Shown here piece after piece: positions 64,000 to 64,000 of a DNA stretch of 64,000 bases (positions within the stretch are counted from its first letter, which is position 1; every line of letters starts with the position of its first letter). The stretch is from Geopsychrobacteraceae bacterium. GTDB lineage: Bacteria > Desulfobacterota > Desulfuromonadia > Desulfuromonadales > Geopsychrobacteraceae. The position numbers and the translations under genes were made by a program. Location of the stretch: the NCBI GenBank assembly GCA_963662315.1, contig OY759353.1, positions 4,416,001 to 4,480,000 of the forward strand, read 5' to 3'. Under the pieces are notes generated by a model that was not told the origin of the DNA, did no database searches, and worked only from the letters and a program-made list of their open reading frames with translations.

Positions 64000-64000
64000 C

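Overview
Chromosomal window that, from gene content (OmcB-like porin-cytochrome conduit, Geobacter-type nif genes, rubrerythrin, a UxxC selenoprotein), probably comes from a Desulfuromonadales-like deltaproteobacterium; this is inference. (1) 1-14.8 kb is a lasso-peptide cluster: RRE/B1, B2 peptidase, HPr-kinase-like kinase, sulfotransferase, ST-type ATP-grasp, cyclase, ABC exporter and its own cysD-cysNC. Two precursor genes missed by the ORF track (5406-5558, 7007-7153) each sit in one copy of a tandem duplication, convergent with a group II-like reverse transcriptase fragment. The precursors are highly divergent while their flanks are nearly identical. An IS4-family element interrupts the second copy. 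(2) 15.4-24.7 kb is a ~9.3 kb element integrated at the 3' end of tRNA-Thr(CGT), with 52-bp att repeats. It encodes a tyrosine integrase, a serine resolvase, an HUH rolling-circle Rep, an excisionase-like protein and a minimal type V-B CRISPR system: cas12b (one in-frame TAG), a candidate tracrRNA and an 8-spacer array, with no cas1/cas2/cas4. (3) 25-46 kb holds an ATP-grasp/alpha-E/transglutaminase operon, rubrerythrin, a TRAP-idnOD sugar-acid locus, and a flavodiiron/Fe-S ATPase/NifX-domain operon. (4) 46-64 kb is a nif region (nifV, nifEN, a NifU-N/NifQ fusion, nifB-like, nifX, ferredoxin, nifHDK). It also contains a porin-cytochrome operon, an ArsC-like selenoprotein with a SECIS-like hairpin and an ANTAR-type leader. 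Several single-base frameshifts may be sequencing errors. All family calls come from motif reading, not database searches.
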